NCBI GenBank assembly: GCA_025934695.1
Contig: JAICWS010000004.1
Coordinates: forward strand, 26,666-90,665
Direction of reading: 5' to 3'
From: Alphaproteobacteria bacterium
GTDB lineage: Bacteria > Pseudomonadota > Alphaproteobacteria > Micavibrionales > UBA2020
DNA: 64,000 nucleotides
The notes under the pieces are model-generated. The model had not been told where the DNA came from. It was given only the letters and a program-made list of their open reading frames with translations, and searched no databases. Within the stretch, counting starts at the first letter, position 1. Each line of letters starts with the position of its first letter. The translations under genes were made by a program, and so were the position numbers. This document shows, piece after piece, positions 44,871-54,938 of the stretch.

Positions 44871-47305
44871 GTGGCGGTCCCGCAACCGGCTTCCTCGAGC
44901 AACTGCTGCTGCAGGTCTTCGAGGTAATATTCGCCGGCCTCGCGGCGCGACACGCTTTCGCGCGCGATCTCGAGGATCATCGGTACGGCAAGCGGCGAGA
45001 CGCTGTCGAGTTCGCGCACCTGGATTTTTCCCTGCATGTCAATCAGCATGTCTGACAGGCGCCCGGTGTCGATCAGCCCGCTCGTCGCGTCCTGCCGTGC
45101 GGCGCGGAGCAGGATATGCCCGCGTTCGTATTTGTACAGCACGTCATAGATCAGGTCGGAGCTGAAAGTCATCTGGCGGCCGGTCTTCTTCTGGCCCGGA
45201 TGGCGGCGCTCGACAAGGCCCGCCACGACCGCGACCTCGCGGAACGTGCGCTTGAGCAGCGGCGTATCTTCCAGCCAATCGTTCAGTTCTTCGCCCAGCA
45301 GATCGACGCAGAGCAGGCCTTCGATATGGGTGGGCTTTTTCAGCGACCAGATGGCAATGGCATAATCCGTCGCCACGAAGCCGAGCGGACGTTCGCCGCG
45401 CCGTTTCATGCGCCGCATCAGCAGGAAACCCAGCGTCTGGTGCGCGCTGCGTCCCGCGAAGGGGTAAATGATCGTGTAATATTTCCCGCTGCGCGGAAAG
45501 ATTTCGACGGCGAGGCGGTCTTTTGAGGGAAGGATCGAGCGCTTGGCCTGCAGCGACAGCCAGTTGCCCACATTCTCCGGCAGATTTTTCCATTCCTTCG
45601 GTTTCTCCAGAAGCTCGCGCACGCGCAGCGAGAGGTGCGTCGTCAGGGGCAGTTTGCCGCCGTCGTAACTGGGGATTTTCGGCGCGTCCGCCTTGGTGCG
45701 CCGGACCATTACTGTGGCGTCGCGCAGGGCCAGGAACTCCATGACTTCGCCCGCGAACAGGAAAGTATCGCCGGGCGACAGGTGATTGATGAAATATTCC
45801 TCGATGACGCCGAGGTATTGGCGGCCGCGCTTCACCTTCAGCATCGGCGCCTCGACAATGGTGCCGATATTCATGCGGTACTGGCGCGACAGTCGCGGAT
45901 GGGCCAGCTTGTAGGAACCATCGGCGTCAATGACGAGGCGCTTGAACCGTTCGTAAGCTTTCAGCACATATCCGCCGTCGATAACGAATTGCAGGGTTTC
46001 GTCGAACTGCTTGCGCTCGAGATCGCGATACGGCCACGCGCGGCGCACCTCGTCATACAGCGCGTCGGCTTTGAACGGGCCACTGCAGGCCGTGCCGAAA
46101 ATATGCTGGGCCAACACGTCGAAGCCGCCTTTGCGCGAATCCGTGCCATCCAGTTCCTTATGGGCGATGGCGTCGAGAGCGGCCTGGCATTCGATGCATT
46201 CAAAACGGTTGGTTGGGACGAGCAGAGCGCGGCTGGGCTCGTTCAGCCGGTGGTTGGAGCGGCCGATGCGCTGCAGCAGGCGGCTGACGCCTTTAGGCGC
46301 GCCGATCTGCACCACGAGGTCCACTTCCGCCCAGTCGAGGCCAAGATCCAAAGAAGACGTGGCGACGACGCAATCCAGCAGTCCCTTCGCCATATGCTCT
46401 TCAACCCGGCGGCGCAGTTCGGGCTCCAGCGAGCCATGGTGGAGGCCGATTTTGAGGTCTTTTTCGTTGAGCTTCCAGAGCTGCTGGAAAATCAGTTCCG
46501 CCTGTGCGCGCGTATTGACGAAGACGATGCTCATGCGGCTCTTCGCGATCTCGGCGTAAACTTCCTCCATCGCGTAGATCGCCATATGGCCTGACCAGGG
46601 AATGCGCTTGGCCGATTGCAGGATGCGGATATTGGGCTGGGTGCGGGCGGGCGCCTGGATGATGGCGCCCTCGGATCCGCACAGCCAGTCGCGCGCCAGT
46701 TCAGGATCGGGAATGGTCGCGGAGAGGCCGATAAACTGCGCCTGCGGCGCGAGCGCCTTCAGCCGCGCGATTGCGAGCGATAGCAAATCACCGCGCTTCG
46801 ATGACATTAGCGCATGGAGTTCGTCCACGATCACAAAGCGCAGGCTTTTGAAGTACTCGGCGGCATTATCATAGGAAATCAGCAGCGACAGGGACTCCGG
46901 CGTCGTCATCAGCATATCCGGCGGCTTACGCTTCTGCCGCGCGCGCTTGGAAGAAGGAGTATCACCGGTGCGCGTCTCATAGGTTATCGGCAGGCCCTGC
47001 TCCTCGATCGGCTTGCCGATATTGCGGTGCACGTCGACGGTGAGCGCCTTCAAGGGCGAAATGTAAAGCGTGTGCAGCCCGCTGCGCTCGTTCACCGACA
47101 AAAGCGCGCCGAAGGCCGGCAGGAAGCCCGCCAAAGTCTTGCCCGCGCCCGTGGGCGCACAGAGCAGGACGTTCTTCCCGGCCTGCGCGGCCTCGAAGAC
47201 TTCGAGCTGGTGCGGAAACCATTGCCAGCCCTTGTCGGCCATCCATTGGGAGAGCGGCAAATCGATGGATTTGCGCTTACTCCTGCCCTTGATTTTCAAA
47301 GGCAT
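44867..47305 (-). CDS. Ligase-associated DEXH-box (Lhr-core) helicase
   Basis: APTGAGKT, TTPESL, DELH, HHGSL, QRIGRSNH. Real start near 47305/47314, not 48373. Confidence 0.94.
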   Translation of the reverse strand: MPLKIKGRSKRKSIDLPLSQWMADKGWQWFPHQLEVFEAAQAGKNVLLCAPTGAGKTLAGFLPAFGALLSVNERSGLHTLYISPLKALTVDVHRNIGKPIEEQGLPITYETRTGDTPSSKRARQKRKPPDMLMTTPESLSLLISYDNAAEYFKSLRFVIVDELHALMSSKRGDLLSLAIARLKALAPQAQFIGLSATIPDPELARDWLCGSEGAIIQAPARTQPNIRILQSAKRIPWSGHMAIYAMEEVYAEIAKSRMSIVFVNTRAQAELIFQQLWKLNEKDLKIGLHHGSLEPELRRRVEEHMAKGLLDCVVATSSLDLGLDWAEVDLVVQIGAPKGVSRLLQRIGRSNHRLNEPSRALLVPTNRFECIECQAALDAIAHKELDGTDSRKGGFDVLAQHIFGTACSGPFKADALYDEVRRAWPYRDLERKQFDETLQFVIDGGYVLKAYERFKRLVIDADGSYKLAHPRLSRQYRMNIGTIVEAPMLKVKRGRQYLGVIEEYFINHLSPGDTFLFAGEVMEFLALRDATVMVRRTKADAPKIPSYDGGKLPLTTHLSLRVRELLEKPKEWKNLPENVGNWLSLQAKRSILPSKDRLAVEIFPRSGKYYTIIYPFAGRSAHQTLGFLLMRRMKRRGERPLGFVATDYAIAIWSLKKPTHIEGLLCVDLLGEELNDWLEDTPLLKRTFREVAVVAGLVERRHPGQKKTGRQMTFSSDLIYDVLYKYERGHILLRAARQDATSGLIDTGRLSDMLIDMQGKIQVRELDSVSPLAVPMILEIARESVSRREAGEYYLEDLQQQLLEEAGCGTAT

Positions 47306-47323
47306 AGACGCCATTTCTGTAAT

Positions 47324-48316
47324 ATGGATATTCTCAGACATGACCTTTATATAGGTCCCGCTGGCGCCTATATCGACCCGCATTTCCCGGTGGAAAAAGC
47401 GCTTATCACGCATGCCCATGGCGACCATGCCATCCGGGGGCATAAGCACGTATTGGCGACGCAGGACACCATCGGTATCATGAAGCAACGCTATGGCGAG
47501 GACGCTGCGAAAAGCTGGCAGCCGGTGGCTTATGGCGAGAAAACAAAGCTCGGTTCGCTGACCGTTTCCTTCCATCCCGCAGGGCACATTCTGGGCAGTG
47601 CGCAGATCCTTCTCGAATCCCCAAAACAGCGCATCGTCGTCTCGGGAGACTACAAGCGCGGGTTTGATGCCGGCATCGCGGCTTTTGAGCCCGTGCCGTG
47701 CGACATTTTCGTGACGGAGGCGACCTTCGGCCTGCCGGTGTTCCAGCACCCGGACCCGCTGGCGGAAGCGCAGAAGCTTGCCCATTCGTTGGCGAAGTTT
47801 CAGCAGCAAAGCCACCTGATCGCGGTTTACGCGCTCGGCAAGGCGCAGCGGCTGATTTCGCTCTTGCGCGCCGCGGGCTATGACGCGCCCATCTATCTCC
47901 ACGGCGCGATGGTCGGCATGTGCAATTATTACCAGCAGCGGGGCGTCGAGCTGGGAGACTTGCGCCGGCCGGTCGACGCATCGAAAGAGGAACTCAAGGG
48001 CGCGCTGGTCCTGGCGCCGCCATCGGCGCTGAAAGAAGTCTGGTCGCGGCGGTTTTCCGACCCGATCACGGGCATGGCCTCGGGATGGATGACCGTCAAG
48101 CAGCGCGTGCGCCAGCGCGGGATCGAGCTGCCGCTGGTCATTTCCGACCATGCCGACTGGAACGAGCTGACGCAGACGATCCGCGACACGGACGCTGCGG
48201 AAGTATGGGTGACGCATGGACGGGAAGACGCTCTGGTGCATTGGTGCCGCAAGAGCGGCCTTGCCGCCAAGCCCCTGCGCCTGCAGGGTCGAGACGAAGA
48301 GGAGGAGGCGGCTTAA
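47324..48316 (+). CDS. Ligase-associated MBL-fold (beta-CASP) exonuclease
   Basis: ITHAHGDH, PAGHILGSAQ, SGDYKR, TEATFGLP, SGWM, SDHADW. Confidence 0.94.
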   Translation: MDILRHDLYIGPAGAYIDPHFPVEKALITHAHGDHAIRGHKHVLATQDTIGIMKQRYGEDAAKSWQPVAYGEKTKLGSLTVSFHPAGHILGSAQILLESPKQRIVVSGDYKRGFDAGIAAFEPVPCDIFVTEATFGLPVFQHPDPLAEAQKLAHSLAKFQQQSHLIAVYALGKAQRLISLLRAAGYDAPIYLHGAMVGMCNYYQQRGVELGDLRRPVDASKEELKGALVLAPPSALKEVWSRRFSDPITGMASGWMTVKQRVRQRGIELPLVISDHADWNELTQTIRDTDAAEVWVTHGREDALVHWCRKSGLAAKPLRLQGRDEEEEAA

Positions 48317-48320
48317 AGCC

Positions 48321-49892
48321 ATGAAAACTTTTGCCCTGTTCCTCGAAAAGCTTTTGCTGACCCCGTCGCGCAACCAGAAAATCGCCTATATGGTACAGTA
48401 TTTCCGCGAAGCGCCCGACCCGGACCGTGGCTATGCGCTGGCGGTGCTCACCGGCGGCCTGTCGCTGCAGAACGTCAAGCCAAAGCTGTTGAAGGACATC
48501 GTCCTCGAAAAGATAGACGAAGAACTGTTCCAGATGTCCTACGATTACGTGGGCGACCTGGCCGAAACCATCGCGCTGATCTGGCCGGACCATGGCGGAA
48601 AAGCTCTGCCGACGCTCTCTGGGCTGATCGATGAGCTGGCGAGCGTCGCGCCGGACAAATTGCCGACTATCATCGCGGGCCATTTGTCGGGCGCGACCGC
48701 AACCGAGCGCTGGGCGATCATCAAGCTCGCGACCGGAAACTTAAGGATCGGCGTTTCGGCGCGGCTGGCCAAGACGGCGCTGGCCGAATTCGGCGGCAAG
48801 ACGCTGGACGAGATCGAGCATCTGTGGCACGGCATGGAATGCCCCTATCTCGATCTTTTCGCCTGGCTCGATGGGCGCGCGGAAGCGCCGCAGGTCCACC
48901 GCCACCGCATGTTCCATCCGCTGATGCTGGCCCATGCGCTGGATGAGGAGAAGGACCTGGGCGGCATGAACCCGGCCGACTGGCAGGCCGAATGGAAGTG
49001 GGACGGCATCCGCGTCCAGCTGGGCCTGGGCGAGGGTGAAAAGGCAATGTATTCCCGCACCGGCGACAATATCGCGCATAGTTTCCCCGATCTCATGAAA
49101 ACCTTGAACGGCCGTGCGGTGCTGGACGGCGAGCTACTGGCGGGCCGCGGCTTCGAGCCCATGTCCTTCAACGCGCTGCAGCAGCGCCTGAACCGCAAGA
49201 AGCCGGGCCAGCAGATGCAGCGCGATTATCCGGTCTTTGTGCGTCTCTATGACATGCTGTTCGACGGCGACGAGGATATCCGCGGTCTTCCGCTGCATGA
49301 GCGGCGCGTAAGGCTAGAAAGATGGCTCGCTGCCAATCCCAATCCACAGATGGATATTTCGTCCATCCTGTCGTTCCATAGCTGGCAGGAGCTGGCGGAA
49401 ATCCGCGTTCGCGGCGCGGAGGAGCAGGGGCACGAGGGCCTGATGCTCAAGCGCAGAGACAGTGTCTACAAGCAAGGCCGGCCCAAAGGCCTCTGGTTCA
49501 AGTGGAAACGCGACGCCTTACTCATCGACGCCATCCTGATGTACGCGCAGCGCGGCCATGGCAAGCGCTCATCCTACTATTCCGACTATACTTTCGGCGT
49601 GTGGAAGGGGAATGATATCGTTCCGGTCGGAAAAGCCTATTTCGGCTTCACCGACGAAGAGCTGCGCGAGCTGGACCGCTGGGTGCGCAACCACACCGTC
49701 GAGCGCTTCGGGCCGGTGCGAGAAGTGGAAAAGCAGCTGGTGTTCGAAGTCGCTTTCGATTCCGTACAGCCCTCGACCCGTCACAAGGCCGGCCTCGCCT
49801 TACGCTTTCCGCGCATCAACCGCATCCGCTGGGACAAGCCGGCGCAGCAGGCGGATACGCTGGAGAATGTGGGAAAGTTCGTCAGGCAGTAG
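48321..49892 (+). CDS. ATP-dependent DNA ligase (damage-response type)
   Basis: EWKWDGIR, LDGE, EGLMLKR, WFKWK, ALRFPR. Confidence 0.95.
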   Translation: MKTFALFLEKLLLTPSRNQKIAYMVQYFREAPDPDRGYALAVLTGGLSLQNVKPKLLKDIVLEKIDEELFQMSYDYVGDLAETIALIWPDHGGKALPTLSGLIDELASVAPDKLPTIIAGHLSGATATERWAIIKLATGNLRIGVSARLAKTALAEFGGKTLDEIEHLWHGMECPYLDLFAWLDGRAEAPQVHRHRMFHPLMLAHALDEEKDLGGMNPADWQAEWKWDGIRVQLGLGEGEKAMYSRTGDNIAHSFPDLMKTLNGRAVLDGELLAGRGFEPMSFNALQQRLNRKKPGQQMQRDYPVFVRLYDMLFDGDEDIRGLPLHERRVRLERWLAANPNPQMDISSILSFHSWQELAEIRVRGAEEQGHEGLMLKRRDSVYKQGRPKGLWFKWKRDALLIDAILMYAQRGHGKRSSYYSDYTFGVWKGNDIVPVGKAYFGFTDEELRELDRWVRNHTVERFGPVREVEKQLVFEVAFDSVQPSTRHKAGLALRFPRINRIRWDKPAQQADTLENVGKFVRQ

Positions 49893-51465
49893 TACCGGCC
49901 GCCTTCAGCGTGATCCTGAACTGCGCACCGGATTTGGCGGCGATGCATTCGATGTCGCCGCCGTGCGCTTTCAGTAGCGAGCGCGTAATGACAAGGCCGA
50001 GGCCGGTGCCGCCGGTGTCGCGCCGGGTGGTGAAGAAGGGCGTGAAGACCTTGGCGATATTGCCTTCGGTGATGCCTTCGCCGTCGTCCGTCACGTCGAT
50101 TTCGATGTGGCCTGCCTTGGGAAAGGCGGCGATAGCGACGTGTTTCGCGCCGTGCTGGAGGCTGTTGTCGACCAGGTTGGACAGCACGTTTTCCAGCGCG
50201 TCGGCGCCGATGGCGGCGGTGGCAATCCCGCCGGTATAATCGATGGAGACGCGCTGCGCATAGCGCCGGCGCAGTTCCTGCGCCACCGCCGCAACATCCG
50301 CCGTCTCGTTCCCCGCCTGCAACATGTCGGCGCGCGCCAGTTCCAGCAGGCGCGTCACGAGCGCCCGCATGCGGTCGGTGTCCTTGGTGATGTTTTCCAT
50401 GAACCGCGCGCGCTGCTCGGGCGCCATGTCGTTGGCGTGGTCATGCATGAGTTCGATGGCGCCCTGGATGGCGGTGAGCGGCGTCTTGAACTCATGCGCC
50501 AGATGCATGGCGAAGCTGCGGATATATTCCGAGCGCGACTGGATCGTCGTCGACATGCGCTCGAAACTGTCGTTGAGCGAGGCGATTTCCTCGATGGGCG
50601 AGGAGGACAGCCGATGCGGCGTCCAGTCGCCCAGCGCCAGCTGCTGCGCATGACGACGCAGGGCGCCCAAGGGGCGGCCGATCACATAGCTGAGGAATGC
50701 CGTGATGGCCGCCGCGAAGATCAGCACGAAAAAGCCTGCGGAAATGACGCTGTCCTTTTCCTCGTACATCGCCTTCAGCACGTTACGCGGCGAGCGCGAC
50801 AGGTGGACGGCGCCGATGACGCGGTCCTTCTCGACGATGGGAATGGCCACGAAGACCCTGATGACGGTGCCGCGGCTGATCGAGGCAAGCGCCGGACGCG
50901 GCTCATCGGAAATGCGCTGGCGGATGACGCTCACGTATCTGCCCGTCAATACCGTCGAGACTTCCTCGACGTTCGCGAGCGACAGTCCCACCTCGCTCGT
51001 CCCGGCGACGACCACGCCATTGGGATCGAGCACGCGCATGCTGGCGAGCGTGCTGATCTTCGCCTCCTGCAGCACGGGCTGAATTTTCTTGCCCAGTTCC
51101 AGCGCAATCGGATCGGCAGGTTTGGGGGGCGTCACCGGATCGGGCCGCGGCGGATAGAAATCGGCCGTGCGGAGGTCCAGCTGCGGCGGGAAGGGACGAT
51201 ACCTGCCGTCGCCCGGCGTTTCGGGCGCGGTCAGCGGGTCGCCGTAATCTTTTGGCGCGTTCAGCCGCCGGAAGTCATGCTTGTACATCGAGGAAATGAA
51301 AACTCCTTGGGCGATCAGCTCGCTCTCCGTCTGGCGCACGAGCTCGCTTTCATAGATGCGAAAGAAATACATACCGCTGACGGGCAGCAGCATCACGACA
51401 AGGAAGACGGCCGCGAAGACGTTATGCAGGCGAAAGACGAAGGGCGATTTCCGGGCTACAGGCAT
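49882..51465 (-). CDS. Sensor histidine kinase, CreC-like
   Basis: Two TMs, HAMP domain, AHEFKTPL H-box, NLVDNS, DDGEG, FTPFFTT, GTGLGL. Confidence 0.92.
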   Translation of the reverse strand: MPVARKSPFVFRLHNVFAAVFLVVMLLPVSGMYFFRIYESELVRQTESELIAQGVFISSMYKHDFRRLNAPKDYGDPLTAPETPGDGRYRPFPPQLDLRTADFYPPRPDPVTPPKPADPIALELGKKIQPVLQEAKISTLASMRVLDPNGVVVAGTSEVGLSLANVEEVSTVLTGRYVSVIRQRISDEPRPALASISRGTVIRVFVAIPIVEKDRVIGAVHLSRSPRNVLKAMYEEKDSVISAGFFVLIFAAAITAFLSYVIGRPLGALRRHAQQLALGDWTPHRLSSSPIEEIASLNDSFERMSTTIQSRSEYIRSFAMHLAHEFKTPLTAIQGAIELMHDHANDMAPEQRARFMENITKDTDRMRALVTRLLELARADMLQAGNETADVAAVAQELRRRYAQRVSIDYTGGIATAAIGADALENVLSNLVDNSLQHGAKHVAIAAFPKAGHIEIDVTDDGEGITEGNIAKVFTPFFTTRRDTGGTGLGLVITRSLLKAHGGDIECIAAKSGAQFRITLKAAGTTA

Positions 51466-52142
51466 GATCCCAGCTTGTATCCGATGCCATGGTTGGTGGC
51501 AATCACGTCGTTGGCACCGCAGGAGGCGAACTTGCTGCGGATGCGGCGGATATGGCTGTCGATGGTGCGGTCGCTGACGGTGATGTTCACGTCATAGGCC
51601 TGGTCCATCAGCTCATCGCGGGTGAAGACCTTGTTCGGGTGGCGGAACAGGGCCAGCAGCAGCATGAACTCGGTCGCGGTCAGCGGCACCGTCTTTCCCG
51701 CGCAGGAAGCGGTATAGCTGACCGTGTCGATGCTGACGTTGCCGTGGGCGAGCACCGGCTGTTTCGCGGGCGCGGCGCCGCCGGTGCGGCGCTTGAGGAT
51801 CGCGTTGATACGGGCGATCAGCTCGCGCGGGCTGAAAGGCTTGGTCACATAATCGTCACCGCCGAGCTCGAGGCCGACGATGCGGTCGATTTCTTCATCT
51901 CTCGACGACAAGAACAGGATCGGCACGTCGCTGGTCTTGCGCAGGCGGCGGCAGACTTCGAGCCCATCGAGTTCGGGCATCGAGATGTCGAGGACGATAA
52001 GATCGGGCGATTGCGCCGCGCGCTCGAGAGCCTGGGCGCCGTCCGCGGCCGCGACGCCCTGCATGCCCGCCTTTTCCAGCGCAAACATCACGACTTCGCG
52101 GATATGCGGATCGTCATCGACGACGAGAATGCGTTTTGTCAT
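51456..52142 (-). CDS. OmpR-family response regulator, CreB-like
   Basis: ILVVDDD, LDISMP, KPFSPREL, winged helix DRTIDSHIRRIR. Confidence 0.94.
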   Translation of the reverse strand: MTKRILVVDDDPHIREVVMFALEKAGMQGVAAADGAQALERAAQSPDLIVLDISMPELDGLEVCRRLRKTSDVPILFLSSRDEEIDRIVGLELGGDDYVTKPFSPRELIARINAILKRRTGGAAPAKQPVLAHGNVSIDTVSYTASCAGKTVPLTATEFMLLLALFRHPNKVFTRDELMDQAYDVNITVSDRTIDSHIRRIRSKFASCGANDVIATNHGIGYKLGSCL

Positions 52143-52201
52143 ATACTGCCGTTTTCCCAAGTTCTCCCCCATATTCGGTGAGATTCGGATGCGGGTCAAC
52201 G

Positions 52202-53677
52202 TCATGGCCAGCCGCTTCCGGTCCTGCGGGTCTGGATATCCTCAAGCCGCGCCTGGCTGCGCATCGTCCAGGCACGCCAGTCGCTGCGCAGAATAAGGGC
52301 GAGGCTGGTTTCTTCCGCGTCGGCCAAGTCTTCCGCCTGCAGCGCTTTCGCCGGGTTGAAGCGCGCATGGTCCTGGAACCAGCGCAGGGCCGGAATGGCC
52401 TCGGGCCCGAGCTCGCGCATATAGTCGAGATCGAGATCCGTGCCGATGCCCGTCACTTCGCGCGCATGGCGCACGTTGTAATCGGCGATGATGCGGTCGA
52501 AGTCAACGAAGCAGCAGCCGTAGAGCGTGGCGATCGCCGCCAGCAGGTTCGTGTTGATCAGCCACATATTTCCCCGCCCTGCGGCGATTTTGATGACGGT
52601 GAGCGCGAGGCCGCCAGCGACAAGCCCCATCCAGATCATCGCGGAAAGCCGCCAGTAGGTGAGAGAGTAGACTTCGATATAATGAAAGTTCCGGTCGATG
52701 GCGGAGGCGACGAGGAAGATATTCTGCGCGATCCAGAAGTAAACGAGCGCGACCGACAGGCGCGTCTGGTAACGGCGGTCGCCGAAGGTAATCAGAATAT
52801 AGACGCCGGCCAGCAGCGCCGTGACGATAAGCGGATAGGCGCCCGCATGCGCATAGGACGCATAGCTGACGCCCTTGGGCAGTGCCTGCGCGCTCCACAG
52901 GAAAGCGATATCGAGCGCATTTTCGCCCGCGAACATCGCGTTAAACAAAATCAGCGACAGCGCGATGGAGGCGGGGCTGAACCAGCGGCTCAAATCGCGC
53001 GGCGTGCCCGTGCCCGTCTTCGCCGCCGCGGTATGAAACCGCGGGCGCAGCAGCGCCCAGATAACGACAGCCGCGCAGAGCCAGAAAGCGCCGCGCCAGG
53101 GCGATAGTATTTCTTCGATAAAGTCCCAGTCGATCTCGTCCACGATGCGGGCAATCACGGGATTGGCCTGCGTGAACAAAAGCGCAAAAACGATGGCAAG
53201 CGCGACCGGAACCAGCATGTAGCACAGACGCGCCAGCACGCGAAGATCGGGCAGCTTTTTTTTCCACCGCAGGCGCCGCATCCGGCTGGCGTCCTCTTCC
53301 CATTGCATGAGTCCGTGGAACATAAAACGCATGAAATCCCTGATCCACGTGCCGGCATCCTGTGCGCCGGCGCGTTTGTGCAGGATCAGCAACGCCACGA
53401 TGCCTGCCGCGAACAGGGAAAGGGGCAGCAACTGCGGCGCATTGATCAGCGCGGCGCAGAGCGCGATCAGCATTGCCGTGATAATCTGGCTGGTCATTTG
53501 CCGCAGAAGGCCACCGTGAAGGAGAGCGAGGGTGCCCAAGAGCGCCGCCCCGTAAATCCCCGCCGCCCAGCCCAGCGGATGGTTGTAGAAAAAGACGTCG
53601 GCAAGCGCGACCAGGGACGCGCCTGCCGACAGTTTTACGGGGATCGAACGGAGGAACCGGTACGCGTCAGCCCGCAT
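52202..53677 (-). CDS. DUF4173/DUF4153 polytopic membrane protein
   Basis: Multiple TMs; LF..ANP, YAHAGAYPL, YSLTYWR, IIADYNV. Start taken as ATG 53677 (alternative 53692). Confidence 0.85.
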   Translation of the reverse strand: MRADAYRFLRSIPVKLSAGASLVALADVFFYNHPLGWAAGIYGAALLGTLALLHGGLLRQMTSQIITAMLIALCAALINAPQLLPLSLFAAGIVALLILHKRAGAQDAGTWIRDFMRFMFHGLMQWEEDASRMRRLRWKKKLPDLRVLARLCYMLVPVALAIVFALLFTQANPVIARIVDEIDWDFIEEILSPWRGAFWLCAAVVIWALLRPRFHTAAAKTGTGTPRDLSRWFSPASIALSLILFNAMFAGENALDIAFLWSAQALPKGVSYASYAHAGAYPLIVTALLAGVYILITFGDRRYQTRLSVALVYFWIAQNIFLVASAIDRNFHYIEVYSLTYWRLSAMIWMGLVAGGLALTVIKIAAGRGNMWLINTNLLAAIATLYGCCFVDFDRIIADYNVRHAREVTGIGTDLDLDYMRELGPEAIPALRWFQDHARFNPAKALQAEDLADAEETSLALILRSDWRAWTMRSQARLEDIQTRRTGSGWP

Positions 53678-53825
53678 GGCGCTCGCCTTCATGGTTGCAG
53701 GAGGCCAGCCAGGCGTTTGCCGCCATGACGTATAGCAGGGCGTGGAATTTTTTCTGCTGCCGCCAGCGGTAAAGGGCGGTCAGGCCCATGAAAGCGATGA
53801 GGGAAAGGTTCACGAGTTTCTGCAT
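53667..53825 (-). CDS. 52-aa small hydrophobic protein (not in the ORF track)
   Basis: AGGAGA-N5-ATG; MQKLVNLSLIAFMGLTALYRWRQQKKFHALLYVMAANAWLASCNHEGERHAG; its stop overlaps the DUF4173 start. Confidence 0.55.
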   Translation of the reverse strand: MQKLVNLSLIAFMGLTALYRWRQQKKFHALLYVMAANAWLASCNHEGERHAG

Positions 53826-53927
53826 GGGCGTCTCCTGGCGTCGAGAATGGCTGGTCGGTATAAGCCCATACTGCCCCTTGAATGTGCAGGGAGAAGGGCA
53901 GGCTTATGGCGTTATGAGGGAATGTTT

Positions 53928-53946
53928 GTGCAGAATTCGTGCAGAA
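53928..53946 (-). promoter_or_regulatory. cre-tag-like OmpR-family operator
   Basis: Minus strand TTCTGCAC-gaa-TTCTGCAC with an 11-bp period (TGCAC-N6-TGCAC versus cre-tag TTCAC-N6-TTCAC). Confidence 0.55.
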
Positions 53947-53948
53947 AT

Positions 53949-54677
53949 TTAGAACGGGCGGATCAGGCCCATGCGGATGGCTTTGGCCACGGCCAGCGGC
54001 ACGTTGTTGACGTCGAGCTTTTGGAAAATGCTTTCGCAATGGCGCTTGATGCTGGATTCACTGACGCTGAGGATGTCGGCCACATCCGGCTTGGTCTTGC
54101 CGCGCGCCAGCCAAAGTAAAACCTCGCATTCGCGGTTGGTGAGGCGAATATTGCCGGGGTCGAGCGTATTGTATTTCGTCAGGTCGGCATAGCACACGAA
54201 GAAGTGGTTCGCCGCCGCATAAATCAGGCTCAGCGCGTCCTTGTCGCAGCGGGCGTCTTTTTCCGAGCCTGCGAAACCCATGCCAATGATGCCGCCGAGC
54301 GGCTGGTGGATCGAGAGGCCCACGCCGCTGTAAAGCTTGTGCTCGCGGCCTTCCTGTAACACCCGCAGGGATTCTTTTGAGATGTTTTTTTGCGTTTCGA
54401 CTTCCGACCAGGTGAAAGGCTTTCTGGCAGTCAGCGCCGCGTGGTAAATGGGGTCGTGGTCGACGTAATGGTTGGCGACATAGTGCTGCATCCACTCTTG
54501 CGGATAATTCACCAGCAGGCCGAGATATTTTTCCTTCTGCGACGTGGAGTCATGGGAAATTTCGCCCATGATGAAACGATCCATGCCAAAGCCGCCTAGG
54601 AATTTGAGGAATTGGTTCTTCAACTCCTCTACCGAGGTGATCCGGTTCGTTTCGCAGATGAATTCTGTAAGGTCCAT
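53949..54677 (-). CDS. LuxR-family quorum-sensing regulator (no adjacent luxI)
   Basis: YPQEWMQHY, DPI, FTW and G of the autoinducer-binding domain; HTH LTNRECEVL..LARGKT. Confidence 0.93.
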   Translation of the reverse strand: MDLTEFICETNRITSVEELKNQFLKFLGGFGMDRFIMGEISHDSTSQKEKYLGLLVNYPQEWMQHYVANHYVDHDPIYHAALTARKPFTWSEVETQKNISKESLRVLQEGREHKLYSGVGLSIHQPLGGIIGMGFAGSEKDARCDKDALSLIYAAANHFFVCYADLTKYNTLDPGNIRLTNRECEVLLWLARGKTKPDVADILSVSESSIKRHCESIFQKLDVNNVPLAVAKAIRMGLIRPF

Positions 54678-54938
54678 TTTTTATTATAAGTCGGGAATGC
54701 CAACATATTAGATAACTTTGAATGCAATTTTAGTCAAAATCGATGGGATGGTGGCTATTCAAGCCCTTTCCTGCGAACAGGCTCCCCACGATGCTTACCT
54801 AAGTATCTGTTATGACAAGATTAAACTTGGTTTGGCCGAATGGCCAAGTTACACCGGCGTAACCGCGCGCGACCATGCATCACCATTTTAAGGGAAGCTT
54901 GCCAACGCAAAATCGCAACGTAGAAAGGGAAAAGTTCA

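Noticed and set aside
47306-48373. 1168-aa helicase and 500-aa exonuclease as given by the ORF track
   Set aside because: Both N-terminal extensions are antisense shadows of the opposite real gene; conserved motifs begin only after 47305 (minus) and 47324 (plus).
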